From: Bacillota bacterium | GTDB lineage: Bacteria; Bacillota; Clostridia; Christensenellales; UBA1242 | Length of the DNA: 64,000 nt | Reading direction: 5' to 3' | NCBI GenBank assembly: GCA_009784665.1 | Contig: WRBH01000003.1 | Location: forward strand, 5,498 to 69,497 | Part shown: positions 7,080 to 16,800 of the stretch, piece after piece | Layout of the letters: every line of letters starts with the position of its first letter | Numbering within the stretch: position 1 is the stretch's first letter | Translations under genes and position numbers: made by a program | The notes under the pieces: generated by a model | Told to the model about the DNA's origin: nothing | Database searches by the model: none | The model's input: only the letters and a program-made list of their open reading frames with translations

Positions 7080-9683
7080 ATGAGTAAACCGTCGGGAAAG
7101 TTGGATAACATAAAGTCCATTTTGGACACATTGCCTGTTGTAGAGGGTCTTGTTGGCAAGGCTAAATCGCACAGGACAACTCTTGACGGAGTTCTGCACC
7201 AGTTGCGTGAATTCACCAAGAATGTAGCGGCCCAGAGGGAAGAGGCTGTTCGCAAGGCAGAGAAGTCTGCGCAATACGCCGACCTTATAAAGCAAAGAGA
7301 GGCCGAGCGTCAAGCAGCAGAAAAAGCAATCGACCAAAGAACAGAGGTATTCAAGCAGAAAGCCGAGGCCAAAAAGGGCACAAAGAAAGAGCAAGAGAAG
7401 AATGAAGAAGCCAAGAAAGAAGAGGCACTTCCAGTGTTTAATAATTCCTTCAAGGTAACCGCAGCACCAACACCAACGGTTCGCCAGACCAGGACTTGGA
7501 CGCCATCGCAATCTACCGGAGCGTATGGAAGGGGTCTTGGACCAAATACAGGGGCTCGTCCTGGAGAGCGAACATTTATGCCACGAGGTGCAGCAGTTGG
7601 CGGAGCACCAAGGCCATTTGGGGCACGACCGATTGGGGGGGGGGCTCGCCCAGGTGGGGCTATGCGTCAACTCGTTGGTAATGTCCGACCAACCGAGAGG
7701 TTACAGGTCAAGGAAGATACATTCAGCAAGCGTAAAGGTAAAGGACGATTCGATGGCGAGAAATCAAGCGGTATGGACAGGCGTTCCCTATTAAAAAGGG
7801 GAATATTGATTGAGGATGATTTCTTTGACGAGGAAAGGGCACAGACCAGGCGTTTCAGGTTAAAGAAAGCTAAAGATGACGATGGTACAATGCGTCTGCC
7901 TAAAGACGCTACCATCAAGATTACTACTACTGAGCTGACCGTCAAGACCCTATCCGAAAAAATTGGTAAGACCGCATCCGAGATTATTAAGCAGCTGTTT
8001 ATCTTGGGTGAAATGTGTAAGATTACAGATACAATAAGTTTCGAGATGGCAGAACTTGTTTCAAGCGAGTTCGGAATAAAGATTGAATTACACGCGAAAT
8101 CCTTCGAGGAAAAAATGCAAGATGTTCATAGTGCAGCAGAGGATGAAAAAGATCTTATCATCCGTCCTCCTGTTGTCACTATTCTTGGTCATGTTGACCA
8201 TGGTAAGACATCTTTGTTGGACGCCCTAAGAAAAACCAAGGTCACTGCATCCGAAAGTGGTGGAATTACACAACATATCGGTGCCTATCAGGTCAGCGTC
8301 AAGGGCAAGAAAATTACTATGATAGATACCCCAGGTCACGCTGCGTTTGATAAAATGCGAGAGCGTGGGGCAAGGGTCACCGACATTTCGATATTACTTG
8401 TCGCGGGTGATGATGGCGTTATGCCGCAAACCGTCGAGGCGATAAAACACATACAGGCGGCAGGAACACCTATGATAGTTGCCGTCAACAAGATGGACAA
8501 GGCTGAATTCAACCTTGACAGGGTCAAGCAACAATTGTCGGAACACAATGTTATTCCAGAGGACTGGGGTGGTAATGCCATTATCCAGCCAATTTCCGCG
8601 ATGGCGGGAACAAACCTTGACAAGTTGCTTGAAATGATTCTTCTTGTCGCTGAAATGGGGAATTTCCGTGCCAATCCTAACAAAGAGGCTTCTGGTCGAA
8701 TTATTGAAAGTAAGCTTGATAAATTGCGTGGACCTGTCGTTACTGTATTGGTGCAAAGCGGAACTCTGCGGGTGGGCGATACATTGTTGGCTGGAACATC
8801 ACACGGTCGTGTCAAGTTGATGACAGACGAAAATGGCAAGTCCCTTAGAAAGGCATTGCCAAGTACACCTGTGCAAGTCCTTGGCTTCGACACAGTTCCA
8901 AAAGCAGGCGAGCGTGTATATGTCGTTGACGAAAAACTAACCAAGCAAGTTGTTGGCGAGCGTGTTGCAATCGAAAAAGTCAAGCGTACTAAGAAAACAT
9001 CAACAACTGATGCCGAGCATTCATTTGATGTCATGGCGGAGGGCGAGAAAACGCACCTTAATCTTATTGTTAAGGGTGATGTTGCTGGTTCGGTCGAGGC
9101 AATTATTCAAACATTGGGATCCATTACTTCTGACGAGGTATCTGTACATGTTATTCACAGTGGGGTTGGTGCGATTAACGATAACGATGTTCGTCTTGCG
9201 GAAATGTCGGATGCACGACTAATTGCATTCCACACCAAGATAAATGCAACCGCTGCGACAATTGCAAAGAAAGCAAAAGTCCAAATCCATGAATTCAAGA
9301 TTATTTATCAAATCTTCGACTTTGTAACCCTGGAGATGGTCAAGTTGTTCAAGCCAAAGTTCCAAGAGAAATTCCTGGGCAGGGCAGAGGTCTTGCAGTT
9401 GTTCAGGTCCTCGAAGCTGGGAACTATTATCGGGGCAAAGGTTACCGATGGAGTTGTTCAACGCGGAACAACTATACGCCAAATCCGTGGCAAAGAAACG
9501 ATCGGCGACTTCAAGTTGGAATCTATAAACATTCAAAAAGATCAAGTCAAAGAGGTTAAGAAAGGATTTGAATGCGGGATGAAGATTGAATCGTCTTGCC
9601 TCCCACAAGTTGGTGATATACTTGAATGTTACGGTACCGAACAACTTCCAATTATATACAACGGAAAGAAATACGAGTTTTAA
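7080..9683 (+). CDS. infB: translation initiation factor IF-2
   Basis: G domain motifs GHVDHGKTSLLD, DTPGHAAF and NKMD. Low-complexity Gly/Arg/Pro-rich N-terminal region. Confidence 0.97.
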   Translation: MSKPSGKLDNIKSILDTLPVVEGLVGKAKSHRTTLDGVLHQLREFTKNVAAQREEAVRKAEKSAQYADLIKQREAERQAAEKAIDQRTEVFKQKAEAKKGTKKEQEKNEEAKKEEALPVFNNSFKVTAAPTPTVRQTRTWTPSQSTGAYGRGLGPNTGARPGERTFMPRGAAVGGAPRPFGARPIGGGARPGGAMRQLVGNVRPTERLQVKEDTFSKRKGKGRFDGEKSSGMDRRSLLKRGILIEDDFFDEERAQTRRFRLKKAKDDDGTMRLPKDATIKITTTELTVKTLSEKIGKTASEIIKQLFILGEMCKITDTISFEMAELVSSEFGIKIELHAKSFEEKMQDVHSAAEDEKDLIIRPPVVTILGHVDHGKTSLLDALRKTKVTASESGGITQHIGAYQVSVKGKKITMIDTPGHAAFDKMRERGARVTDISILLVAGDDGVMPQTVEAIKHIQAAGTPMIVAVNKMDKAEFNLDRVKQQLSEHNVIPEDWGGNAIIQPISAMAGTNLDKLLEMILLVAEMGNFRANPNKEASGRIIESKLDKLRGPVVTVLVQSGTLRVGDTLLAGTSHGRVKLMTDENGKSLRKALPSTPVQVLGFDTVPKAGERVYVVDEKLTKQVVGERVAIEKVKRTKKTSTTDAEHSFDVMAEGEKTHLNLIVKGDVAGSVEAIIQTLGSITSDEVSVHVIHSGVGAINDNDVRLAEMSDARLIAFHTKINATAATIAKKAKVQIHEFKIIYQIFDFVTLEMVKLFKPKFQEKFLGRAEVLQLFRSSKLGTIIGAKVTDGVVQRGTTIRQIRGKETIGDFKLESINIQKDQVKEVKKGFECGMKIESSCLPQVGDILECYGTEQLPIIYNGKKYEF

Positions 9684-9703
9684 AATGAAAAAGGGGGTGC
9701 AAT

Positions 9704-10039
9704 ATGAGCATTAAACTTCAGAGGACGAACAGTGATATCACAAGAGTATTGCAGGTAGCACTAACGCAAAAGCTGGGTAACCCAGCCCTTGTAAATGTTA
9801 ACATTTTGAATGTCGAGACAGCGGCAGACTTGTCAACTTGTCGAGTGTTTGTCGATATCAGGCATGATAACCCTGCCGAAATTTTGGCACAGCTTGAGAG
9901 CTCTGCGGGGTTCTTGCGTAACGAGATTGCTAATAATGTGAAGATTCGTCGTGCACCTGCAGTTCGCTTTATTCACGATCAGGGCAGGGCGAATGCCGAG
10001 AGGGTCGAGGAACTTTTATCGAAAATTCATTCCGAGTAA
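9704..10039 (+). CDS. rbfA: ribosome-binding factor A
   Basis: 111 aa, immediately after infB. It has an RbfA-like pattern (RVLQVAL...VNILNVETAADLSTCRVFV). SD AGGGGG lies upstream. Confidence 0.85.
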   Translation: MSIKLQRTNSDITRVLQVALTQKLGNPALVNVNILNVETAADLSTCRVFVDIRHDNPAEILAQLESSAGFLRNEIANNVKIRRAPAVRFIHDQGRANAERVEELLSKIHSE

Positions 10040-10044
10040 TTTCA

Positions 10045-10073
10045 TTGACAGGTGATTTTAAATAATATATCAT
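10045..10073 (+). promoter_or_regulatory. sigma-A type promoter, leaderless start at 10080
   Basis: TTGACA(10045-10050)-17nt-TATCAT(10068-10073); ATG 6 nt downstream. Confidence 0.55.
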
Positions 10074-10079
10074 TTCTAT

Positions 10080-10739
10080 ATGAAGAAATTAAAATTGTTT
10101 GGGGTAGGGATAGTTTTGGCGTCCGTCATGATTGTGATGGCTGCTTGTGGTACACCCCCTGGAACAGGTGGTAATAATGGCCCTGTGTTAGGTGATGGTT
10201 TGAATGCGATGAATTTAAGCAATGTTAGACCAAGTAACTCCGATATAGTCGCAATTAATGCGGCGGCTGGTACAGTTACATTCAGTATGGGGGCAGGTGG
10301 TTCAGTTCTTATAGAGCAGACACATACAGCAATCCAGTTTGATTTAGTGACTCAAATGATAAATAATGGTGATTTTGTTGTCTTCTCGGTTGACACCGGA
10401 ACTGCCGAGAATGTGATCGTAGCGTCGGCTTTTGTCGGCGTAAAGATGCATCAAGGAAATTTGTATGTAGCATTTGCATCAAGAGAAGTAAACTTTGGTT
10501 TAGAAGCGATTGGCACATGGGTTCAGGATTCTCGTGTTACTGTTCGCCGTGCTACAAGTTTTAATGGACTTCGTATGACATTTGCTAATAATTACGAAAC
10601 GGTATCGTTTAGGTCCTCGACAATGCATGGTATGGCAATAACTGGCGAGCATGTGACTGGAGCTGTTAATATTCGTTCTTTGTCCGTTGCAAGTACAAGT
10701 TTAGACAGTGTTCAAATTTCGAACATTCGTGTTGCATAA
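10080..10739 (+). CDS. putative lipoprotein (219 aa)
   Basis: Signal peptide ending in the lipobox-like VMAAC-G; the remainder is beta-rich. Confidence 0.7.
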   Translation: MKKLKLFGVGIVLASVMIVMAACGTPPGTGGNNGPVLGDGLNAMNLSNVRPSNSDIVAINAAAGTVTFSMGAGGSVLIEQTHTAIQFDLVTQMINNGDFVVFSVDTGTAENVIVASAFVGVKMHQGNLYVAFASREVNFGLEAIGTWVQDSRVTVRRATSFNGLRMTFANNYETVSFRSSTMHGMAITGEHVTGAVNIRSLSVASTSLDSVQISNIRVA

Positions 10740-10754
10740 AGGTTGGATTAAAAT

Positions 10755-11786
10755 ATGGAAAAAACTAATTTTGGAAATATGCTAACTATGTTACGCTTAG
10801 CCGATACGGTGGCAATTACCATGCACATTCGTCCAGATGGTGACAGTATTGGGACGGCATTGGCTCTGCGCGAAGCTTTAATAAGGATGGGTAAGACAGT
10901 CTATGTATTTAGTGAGGATATAGATATAGTATTTCAGAACAATTTTGCGACAATGAATGGGTTTTCAAAGATATGTCATGCCTCGTCTATTCAGCTGGGG
11001 GCTAGTTCAATATTCTTTACTCATAACACACCATATACCGAAGTGGAGTTGCCAGGGTTTGACTTGCTTGTTGTTGTTGATGCTGGTGAGGTTAATCGCC
11101 TGGGGGATAGTGCAAAGCTCATCGAGGCATCAAAGCGGGTTATTGTATTTGATCATCATTTGAATCCATCTATGCAGTGTGATCTGCTTGTCAATAATCC
11201 AAATAGAGCAAGCTGTGGTGAGATGCTATATGAATTTTTTGCTGCACACAATATTGAGATTACTAAATCTATGGGTGAAGCAATTTACACCGCGGTGTCG
11301 TCTGATACAGGATGTTTCTTATTTCCGAATACGACATGGTATACACATCATGTAGCCTCCGAGCTTATGAAGCTAGATATAGATGTAGCCTCTATCAATT
11401 ATAAGAATTTCCGTGCATACGATCCTCAATCTCTGCAAGGCTTTATGCGTGTTTTGAATGAGATTCAGTTTTTATATGGTGGCAAGGTTACAGTTACTTA
11501 TTTGAGCCATGCACTTATCCAAAAGTATCAGTTCGACCACGAAGAGCGTCATAGGTTTCAAAAATACGCAACGGACGCTAAGGGGGTCAAGGTTTCTATC
11601 TTTGTCCAAGAAAAAGAAAAGGGCGAATTTAACATATCTCTTCGCTCTGTTGGGAATATAAATGTCGCAGAAATTGCCGCAAAGTTTGGGGGTGGTGGAC
11701 ACAGAAATGCTTCTGGTATGTCCGCGAAGGGTAACTATAAAGCAATTATTGCTGACTTGCTGGCGGCGGTCGAGGAAGTAATATGA
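10755..11786 (+). CDS. nrnA: DHH/DHHA1 phosphoesterase, NrnA-like oligoribonuclease/pAp phosphatase
   Basis: Motifs HIRPDGDSIGTALAL, VVVDAG, FDHH and GGGHRNASG. Confidence 0.85.
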   Translation: MEKTNFGNMLTMLRLADTVAITMHIRPDGDSIGTALALREALIRMGKTVYVFSEDIDIVFQNNFATMNGFSKICHASSIQLGASSIFFTHNTPYTEVELPGFDLLVVVDAGEVNRLGDSAKLIEASKRVIVFDHHLNPSMQCDLLVNNPNRASCGEMLYEFFAAHNIEITKSMGEAIYTAVSSDTGCFLFPNTTWYTHHVASELMKLDIDVASINYKNFRAYDPQSLQGFMRVLNEIQFLYGGKVTVTYLSHALIQKYQFDHEERHRFQKYATDAKGVKVSIFVQEKEKGEFNISLRSVGNINVAEIAAKFGGGGHRNASGMSAKGNYKAIIADLLAAVEEVI

Positions 11787-11900
11787 GGTTGCGGGTTGAG
11801 CCAGTATCCCCTGTGGGGGGATTGAAAAATGATTTACGGAATCGTAATCATGAGGGCAAGACTTTTGAAGACTTTTTAGAGAAAGCAGAGGAGGCAAGGG

Positions 11901-12539
11901 ATGAACGGGATTTTGATAGTCAACAAGCCAAAAGGAATATCAAGTTTCCAGTACCTAAAGAAAATCCAACGGAAATTGAACCTGCTTAAGGTTGGGCATC
12001 TTGGAACTCTTGACCCGAATGCATCAGGAGTTTTGGTGTTGCTTGTCGGGCGGGCTACGAAACTTAATCAACAATTATCTCAGGATACAAAAACATACCA
12101 ATCACTGTTCAAATTCGGAGTCGAAACGGATACCTTGGATCCAGAGGGAACAGTTATAGCTACATCAGATATAATTCCATGTATGTCTAGTATAGAAAAT
12201 ACCCTGCCAATCGTCGGTGAAATCGACCTAAGAGTTCCACATTTTTCTGCGGTGCACATTAATGGCGAAAGGGCATATGACCTTGCCAGGCGTGGTATAG
12301 AATTTACACCGCCTACAAAAACCGTTACCATCCACCGGTTTGAGCACCTTGGCGATTTCTGGTTCGAAATCGAATGCTCGACAGGAACCTATGTCAGAAG
12401 CCTTGCCAAGCATTTGGCAAACAAGCTTGGTACAGTTGCCATCGCACAAGAAATTATAAGAACGGCAGTGGGGAAATTCAGGATTGAGAGTGCAAAGACA
12501 TTGGAAGAGATTGAATTGACGGACTTAATAGCGGTATAA
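11901..12539 (+). CDS. truB: tRNA pseudouridine(55) synthase TruB, short form without PUA domain
   Basis: GILIVNKPKGISS and the catalytic GHLGTLDPNASG motif. SD GAGGAGG lies upstream. Only 212 aa. Confidence 0.9.
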   Translation: MNGILIVNKPKGISSFQYLKKIQRKLNLLKVGHLGTLDPNASGVLVLLVGRATKLNQQLSQDTKTYQSLFKFGVETDTLDPEGTVIATSDIIPCMSSIENTLPIVGEIDLRVPHFSAVHINGERAYDLARRGIEFTPPTKTVTIHRFEHLGDFWFEIECSTGTYVRSLAKHLANKLGTVAIAQEIIRTAVGKFRIESAKTLEEIELTDLIAV

Positions 12540-12545
12540 TATAAT
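12516..12545 (+). promoter_or_regulatory. sigma-A type promoter, leaderless start at 12551
   Basis: TTGACG(12516-12521)-18nt-TATAAT(12540-12545); ATG 5 nt downstream. It is embedded in the truB 3' end. Confidence 0.5.
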
Positions 12546-12550
12546 CAGGT

Positions 12551-12973
12551 ATGAAAGTAAAGCAGCTGCTTGCAATATTAGCAATAATGACGGGATTTTA
12601 CCTCGCGGGATTCTCAATCCAAAGTATTGCTGTTGGTCATGGGCTTAATAGCCAGTGGGGGAGTTGGTTTGTGGGGTTTGACAGGTCGCTGATTGTTTTG
12701 AATTACTTGACATTGTTCGCAGGGGTTGCAATTTCGGTATTGGGATGTGTGGTTTTTTGCCTTAAGGGGCGGGGTGTTGGCTCGGTAATTGCGTTACTTG
12801 TTATGGCGGGCTTAGCTTTGATTTTATGTTTCTTGTCAATGATTGTTGGGTATGAAACTGTGATGCGTGAGGGCAATTATGCCCTTGTCGTTGTGGGCCT
12901 TGCTCTTACCACGATAGTGGCACTTGCCGCGGTTCATCTTGGAATCAGGACTGACGAGGAGTGTGCATCATGA
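12551..12973 (+). CDS. small integral membrane protein (4 predicted TM helices)
   Basis: Four hydrophobic stretches in 140 aa. Confidence 0.65.
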   Translation: MKVKQLLAILAIMTGFYLAGFSIQSIAVGHGLNSQWGSWFVGFDRSLIVLNYLTLFAGVAISVLGCVVFCLKGRGVGSVIALLVMAGLALILCFLSMIVGYETVMREGNYALVVVGLALTTIVALAAVHLGIRTDEECAS

Positions 12974-13824
12974 TAAGATTTGGTCCGGCGGGCAATGATT
13001 TGCTTTTTTATGAGAGTGGGTTTAAGAGTTCCCTAGAAGCCCCGAAATGGCTACGGGAGGTCATGGGGCTTTCTGCATTTGAAGTTCAATGGGGTAGGGG
13101 AGTTCGCCTAAGTGAAATAACTGCAAAGAAAATGGCGAAGGAAGCAAAAAAATATGATATTGAAATATCTGCTCATGCTCCATACTATATTAACCTTGCC
13201 AATAATGATGCGTTCGAGAATAACTATCGTTACATTTCAACTTCTCTACAGGCTTTGAAATGGCTGGGGGGAACGCGTCTTGTTGTGCATTTGGCATCAC
13301 AGGGACAGTTATCGCGGGAAGTTGCCCTTGCTAATATCTCCGAGAATTTGAAGAAAATTATGCAGAGGCTGGAACATGATGGGTTCTCGCAGTTCCTGCT
13401 GTGTATAGAAACTATGGGAAAATATCGCCAAATTGGAAATCTAGAGGAGGTCGCCCAACTGTCCAAGGTACATCCTAATATAATCCCATGCGTAGATTTT
13501 GGGCATTTGAATTGCCTTGCCCAGGGCAATTTGGATATACCTTCTGTTATGGAATATTTAGAGCAGGAGATTGGTCTGGATAAATTGAGAAAATTGCACA
13601 TACACTGGTCTGCGATTGAGTTTGGCGAAGCTGGTGAGAAGAGACACACAATCCTAGATGACAAAAAATGGGCGTTCTCGTTCGAGCCTCTCGTGCAAAT
13701 TATAAAAGATAAAAATTTAAGTCCTGTGATTATATGTGAGAGCAGTGGGATTATGGCTCAGGATGCGACGAAATTAATGGATACCTATTATAGAAAACCT
13801 GTGTCGAAACTTGACCGAAAATAG
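12970..13824 (+). CDS. TIM-barrel protein, AP endonuclease family 2 / endonuclease IV-like
   Basis: MIRFGPAGN...SAHAPYYINLAN...VHLAS pattern. ATGA start/stop overlap with the upstream gene. SD GAGGAG. Confidence 0.7.
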   Translation: MIRFGPAGNDLLFYESGFKSSLEAPKWLREVMGLSAFEVQWGRGVRLSEITAKKMAKEAKKYDIEISAHAPYYINLANNDAFENNYRYISTSLQALKWLGGTRLVVHLASQGQLSREVALANISENLKKIMQRLEHDGFSQFLLCIETMGKYRQIGNLEEVAQLSKVHPNIIPCVDFGHLNCLAQGNLDIPSVMEYLEQEIGLDKLRKLHIHWSAIEFGEAGEKRHTILDDKKWAFSFEPLVQIIKDKNLSPVIICESSGIMAQDATKLMDTYYRKPVSKLDRK

Positions 13825-13853
13825 TTGATAAACTTCTTTGTATGTGCTAATAC
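13825..13853 (+). promoter_or_regulatory. promoter of the giant surface-protein gene (leadered)
   Basis: TTGATA(13825-13830)-17nt-TGcTAATAC(-10 at 13848-13853); SD AAGGAGG 13874-13880. Confidence 0.5.
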
Positions 13854-13885
13854 TAACTTGTATAGCTAAATACAAGGAGGGGCAA

Positions 13886-16800
13886 ATGGACAAGAAGAGT
13901 AGAAGACGTGTAGTCGCGGGCGGTATGATGGCCGTTCTGCTTATAGTCGGTCTTGGCCTTTGGGTCATGATTGGTGCTGCATCGACGATTACCCTTGATC
14001 TTGATGGTGGTGCGATGGCGGGACATCCGCAGATAACTCGTACTGGCACAATGGCACAAGGAAATCTGAGGCATACATTTAGGGCCGGCCCGCGTCGTCC
14101 GGTTAATTTGGAAAATATTGTTCCAATAAGGCCAGGTTATGTGTTCCAAGGATGGCTCCTTGACGAGCAGCAGAGAGGCCAGGGTACCGATGCTCATCAA
14201 CCTTCCACTCGTGGGATAACTTCCGCCACGACTTTATATGCAGATTGGTTGCCTGAAGGCTACCTTGCTCGTTTGCATGTAAATGGAATTCATGTACGAA
14301 ATATTGATATCCAAGGTGGTCAGAGTCTGGATGCTATTAACTTCACCCAGAATGCAGGCGAAACAACAGGTTGGGTTATTCCTGACACTGACTACTACAC
14401 TTTCCGTGGCTGGGAATTCAAAGATTTGAATGGAAACAGAGTCACATTGGACAGCACAACTGCAAGAAACCATATGTCTAACTGGGCTTCTAATGCTGTA
14501 TGGAGATTGCGTCACTATGTTTGGAATGACATGACGCAAGAATGGGAATTTGATCTAGGAAACCCACGAAACCAAGATGTCAGCGAAGAACACCCATTCG
14601 ACCCTGCAATTTACGATATGACATTCAATGCAATACTTGAGATGCGTGAAGTTGCATTTATTTTTCACCATGCACCAGGACAAATTGGTGCACATCCTCC
14701 ACTTGTTTATCACATTCCAGGCACTGAGCTAACTACAATGAACACTCTATCTTTGGCGTCAACAAGTGCGGCTACAGGAAATAATCACCTTGGTTGGATT
14801 TTGGATGTTCGTGCTAATGGACTTGTTGAATTGAATGCCGAAGGTGGTATTGCTTCGATTAATCGACTTGGTCACGATGTAGACCAATATGGTGCCGCTG
14901 CGGATAGGGCTCGTCTTGACCAATTCTTGGCAACTGTGTTTAGTCCGCACGAAGTTATCGCGATTGACCCATTGCTGTTCTATCTATCAACTAACCCAGT
15001 CGCAGAATCTCCGCTTCACCGAGCCATCCATTTCCGCCCTGTATTCTTTGGAACTGGCGATGATCCTGACATACGGGGAGCGTCTAGGTATCAGCTGCGA
15101 ATTGCGGATGAAACTGGCTTGGTATCCATGAGAGATATCACAGAATTTACCGCTGGAGATGGTGACTTTATTTCTGCACAATACGCCTATCTGCAAGGTA
15201 ACACAATTAGATTTACTCGCCCTGCCGACCGTAATGGTTGGACATTTAGCCATTTTGAATTCATGAACCCTTCAGGTGGCACAACAATTCACGAAATTGC
15301 TCCAAATACACTAATCACAAGGGATGACCCTCGGTTGCCTGTCGACCGTGGTGTTATATTCATAATGGTTTGGGAGCAAAATGACACACCAGTCGTTACA
15401 TTTGAACACGACTGGACCAGAACAGTAGAAGGTGGGCAAGTTCAAATAAGCGACCGTATCCACCTGATTAACACTCTTGAATTTGAAAACTCAAGATACC
15501 GTCAAGAAGAAATTGACTTCGGTGGGACAAACTTTGAAATAGAAGACATTCCTGTTCAAGTAGGTGACACAATAACTTTGCCTTCCGTTGCAATGTATGC
15601 GGGGGCACATTTGACATTCAGTCACTGGGAAACCGAGGATGGTATCTATGCAGGAAGAACAGGTGACACTTTCCAAGTAGATGAAGCTCTAGTCCTTCGT
15701 GCTATATGGATAGACAATAGAATAGCGTTTGCATTTGACCTGAACGGAGGTCGCAACTTTACACCTGACATGACTCAGATGCGTGGAGGTGCGGGGGCCA
15801 CTGTTTCCATACCAACCCAGATGCCTACCAGATTCGGATATGATTTCCAACACTGGACAGTAGGGAGTGAAGACTATCACCCAACCAATCCAGACCTTAA
15901 TAACACAATTACTGCACAAGCCCGTCGAACTGTATTGGTTGCCCAGTGGGAGCCAATTGATGTCGATCTTACACTTGAATACACATATGCGATCCATGGC
16001 GTAATTCAGCCAACTCGCAGCATTCCGTTAAATGTTGAATTTGACACAGCTGTTCGCTTGCACAGAATTGACACACCAAGCTATAACAGTGTTGCAACCC
16101 TGATAGGCTGGCGTTTTGTGGATAGTCTAACTTCTACTACAACGAATCTGAACATGGACTTCAGTCCAACAGATATTGTTCGAATTGACGAGAGTTTCGC
16201 CTCCCGTGCAACAGGCGATTCCGAAGATGACACCTTGCGTGCTGATGGTATTACCGGGCATGACTTGAAAATTGGACGACTGTTCAATGTCGATTTCTTT
16301 GATAACGATGGAATAGACGGTCGTCGTACCAATACAGACTCTGGATTCCACAGTATTCAAAATATGTTACAATGGCGTTCCAGCGTCCTTGTTGTTGATC
16401 CAAACGAAACAACAGGGTTGCGACCTATCGGAACTCATTTTGAAATCTCAAGAGAGGCTATTCTTAACACTTACCGTGGACACCTTGCACAAGACATAGC
16501 AAATGGTATGTCACACACGAATTGGCTTGAAAACCGCCTAGTTACGCACGAGCTATATGGTGTCCTGTACATGGAGCGAGACGAAATATCCAGTCGCGGT
16601 CTAACTGAGGGCGTTCCGAACTGGATGAACACCTGGAGGAACTTCTGGGATGTCGATAACGGTTCTATTGCACATACGAACCCAGACCCAACACATCCTG
16701 ATTCACTTCGTCGATGGATTTATGCGTTCGACAATGACGGATTTACTCAAGTCCCTGCCCCAACAGGCGAGATGAACCTATACTTGGTATGGAAGCCAAG

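Noticed and set aside
7050-7670. 206-aa minus-strand ORF antisense to the infB 5' region. Similar long antisense ORFs occur at 8336-9034, 18055-18588 and 59874-60278.
   Set aside because: These lie entirely within well-supported genes on the other strand. Their translations are low-complexity and Cys/Trp/Arg/Ser-rich, and they have no promoter or SD. They are typical shadow ORFs.
11783-11989. 68-aa ORF bridging the 114-bp nrnA-truB gap. It has an ATGA overlap with the nrnA stop and a GAGGA SD-like sequence upstream.
   Set aside because: It would overlap truB out of frame by 89 nt, and its product is a highly charged sequence with no recognisable family. It cannot be excluded, but I do not call it. 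The gap itself is unusually long for this genome and contains a small ATCCCC/GGGGAT hairpin (about 11806-11822) with no T tract.
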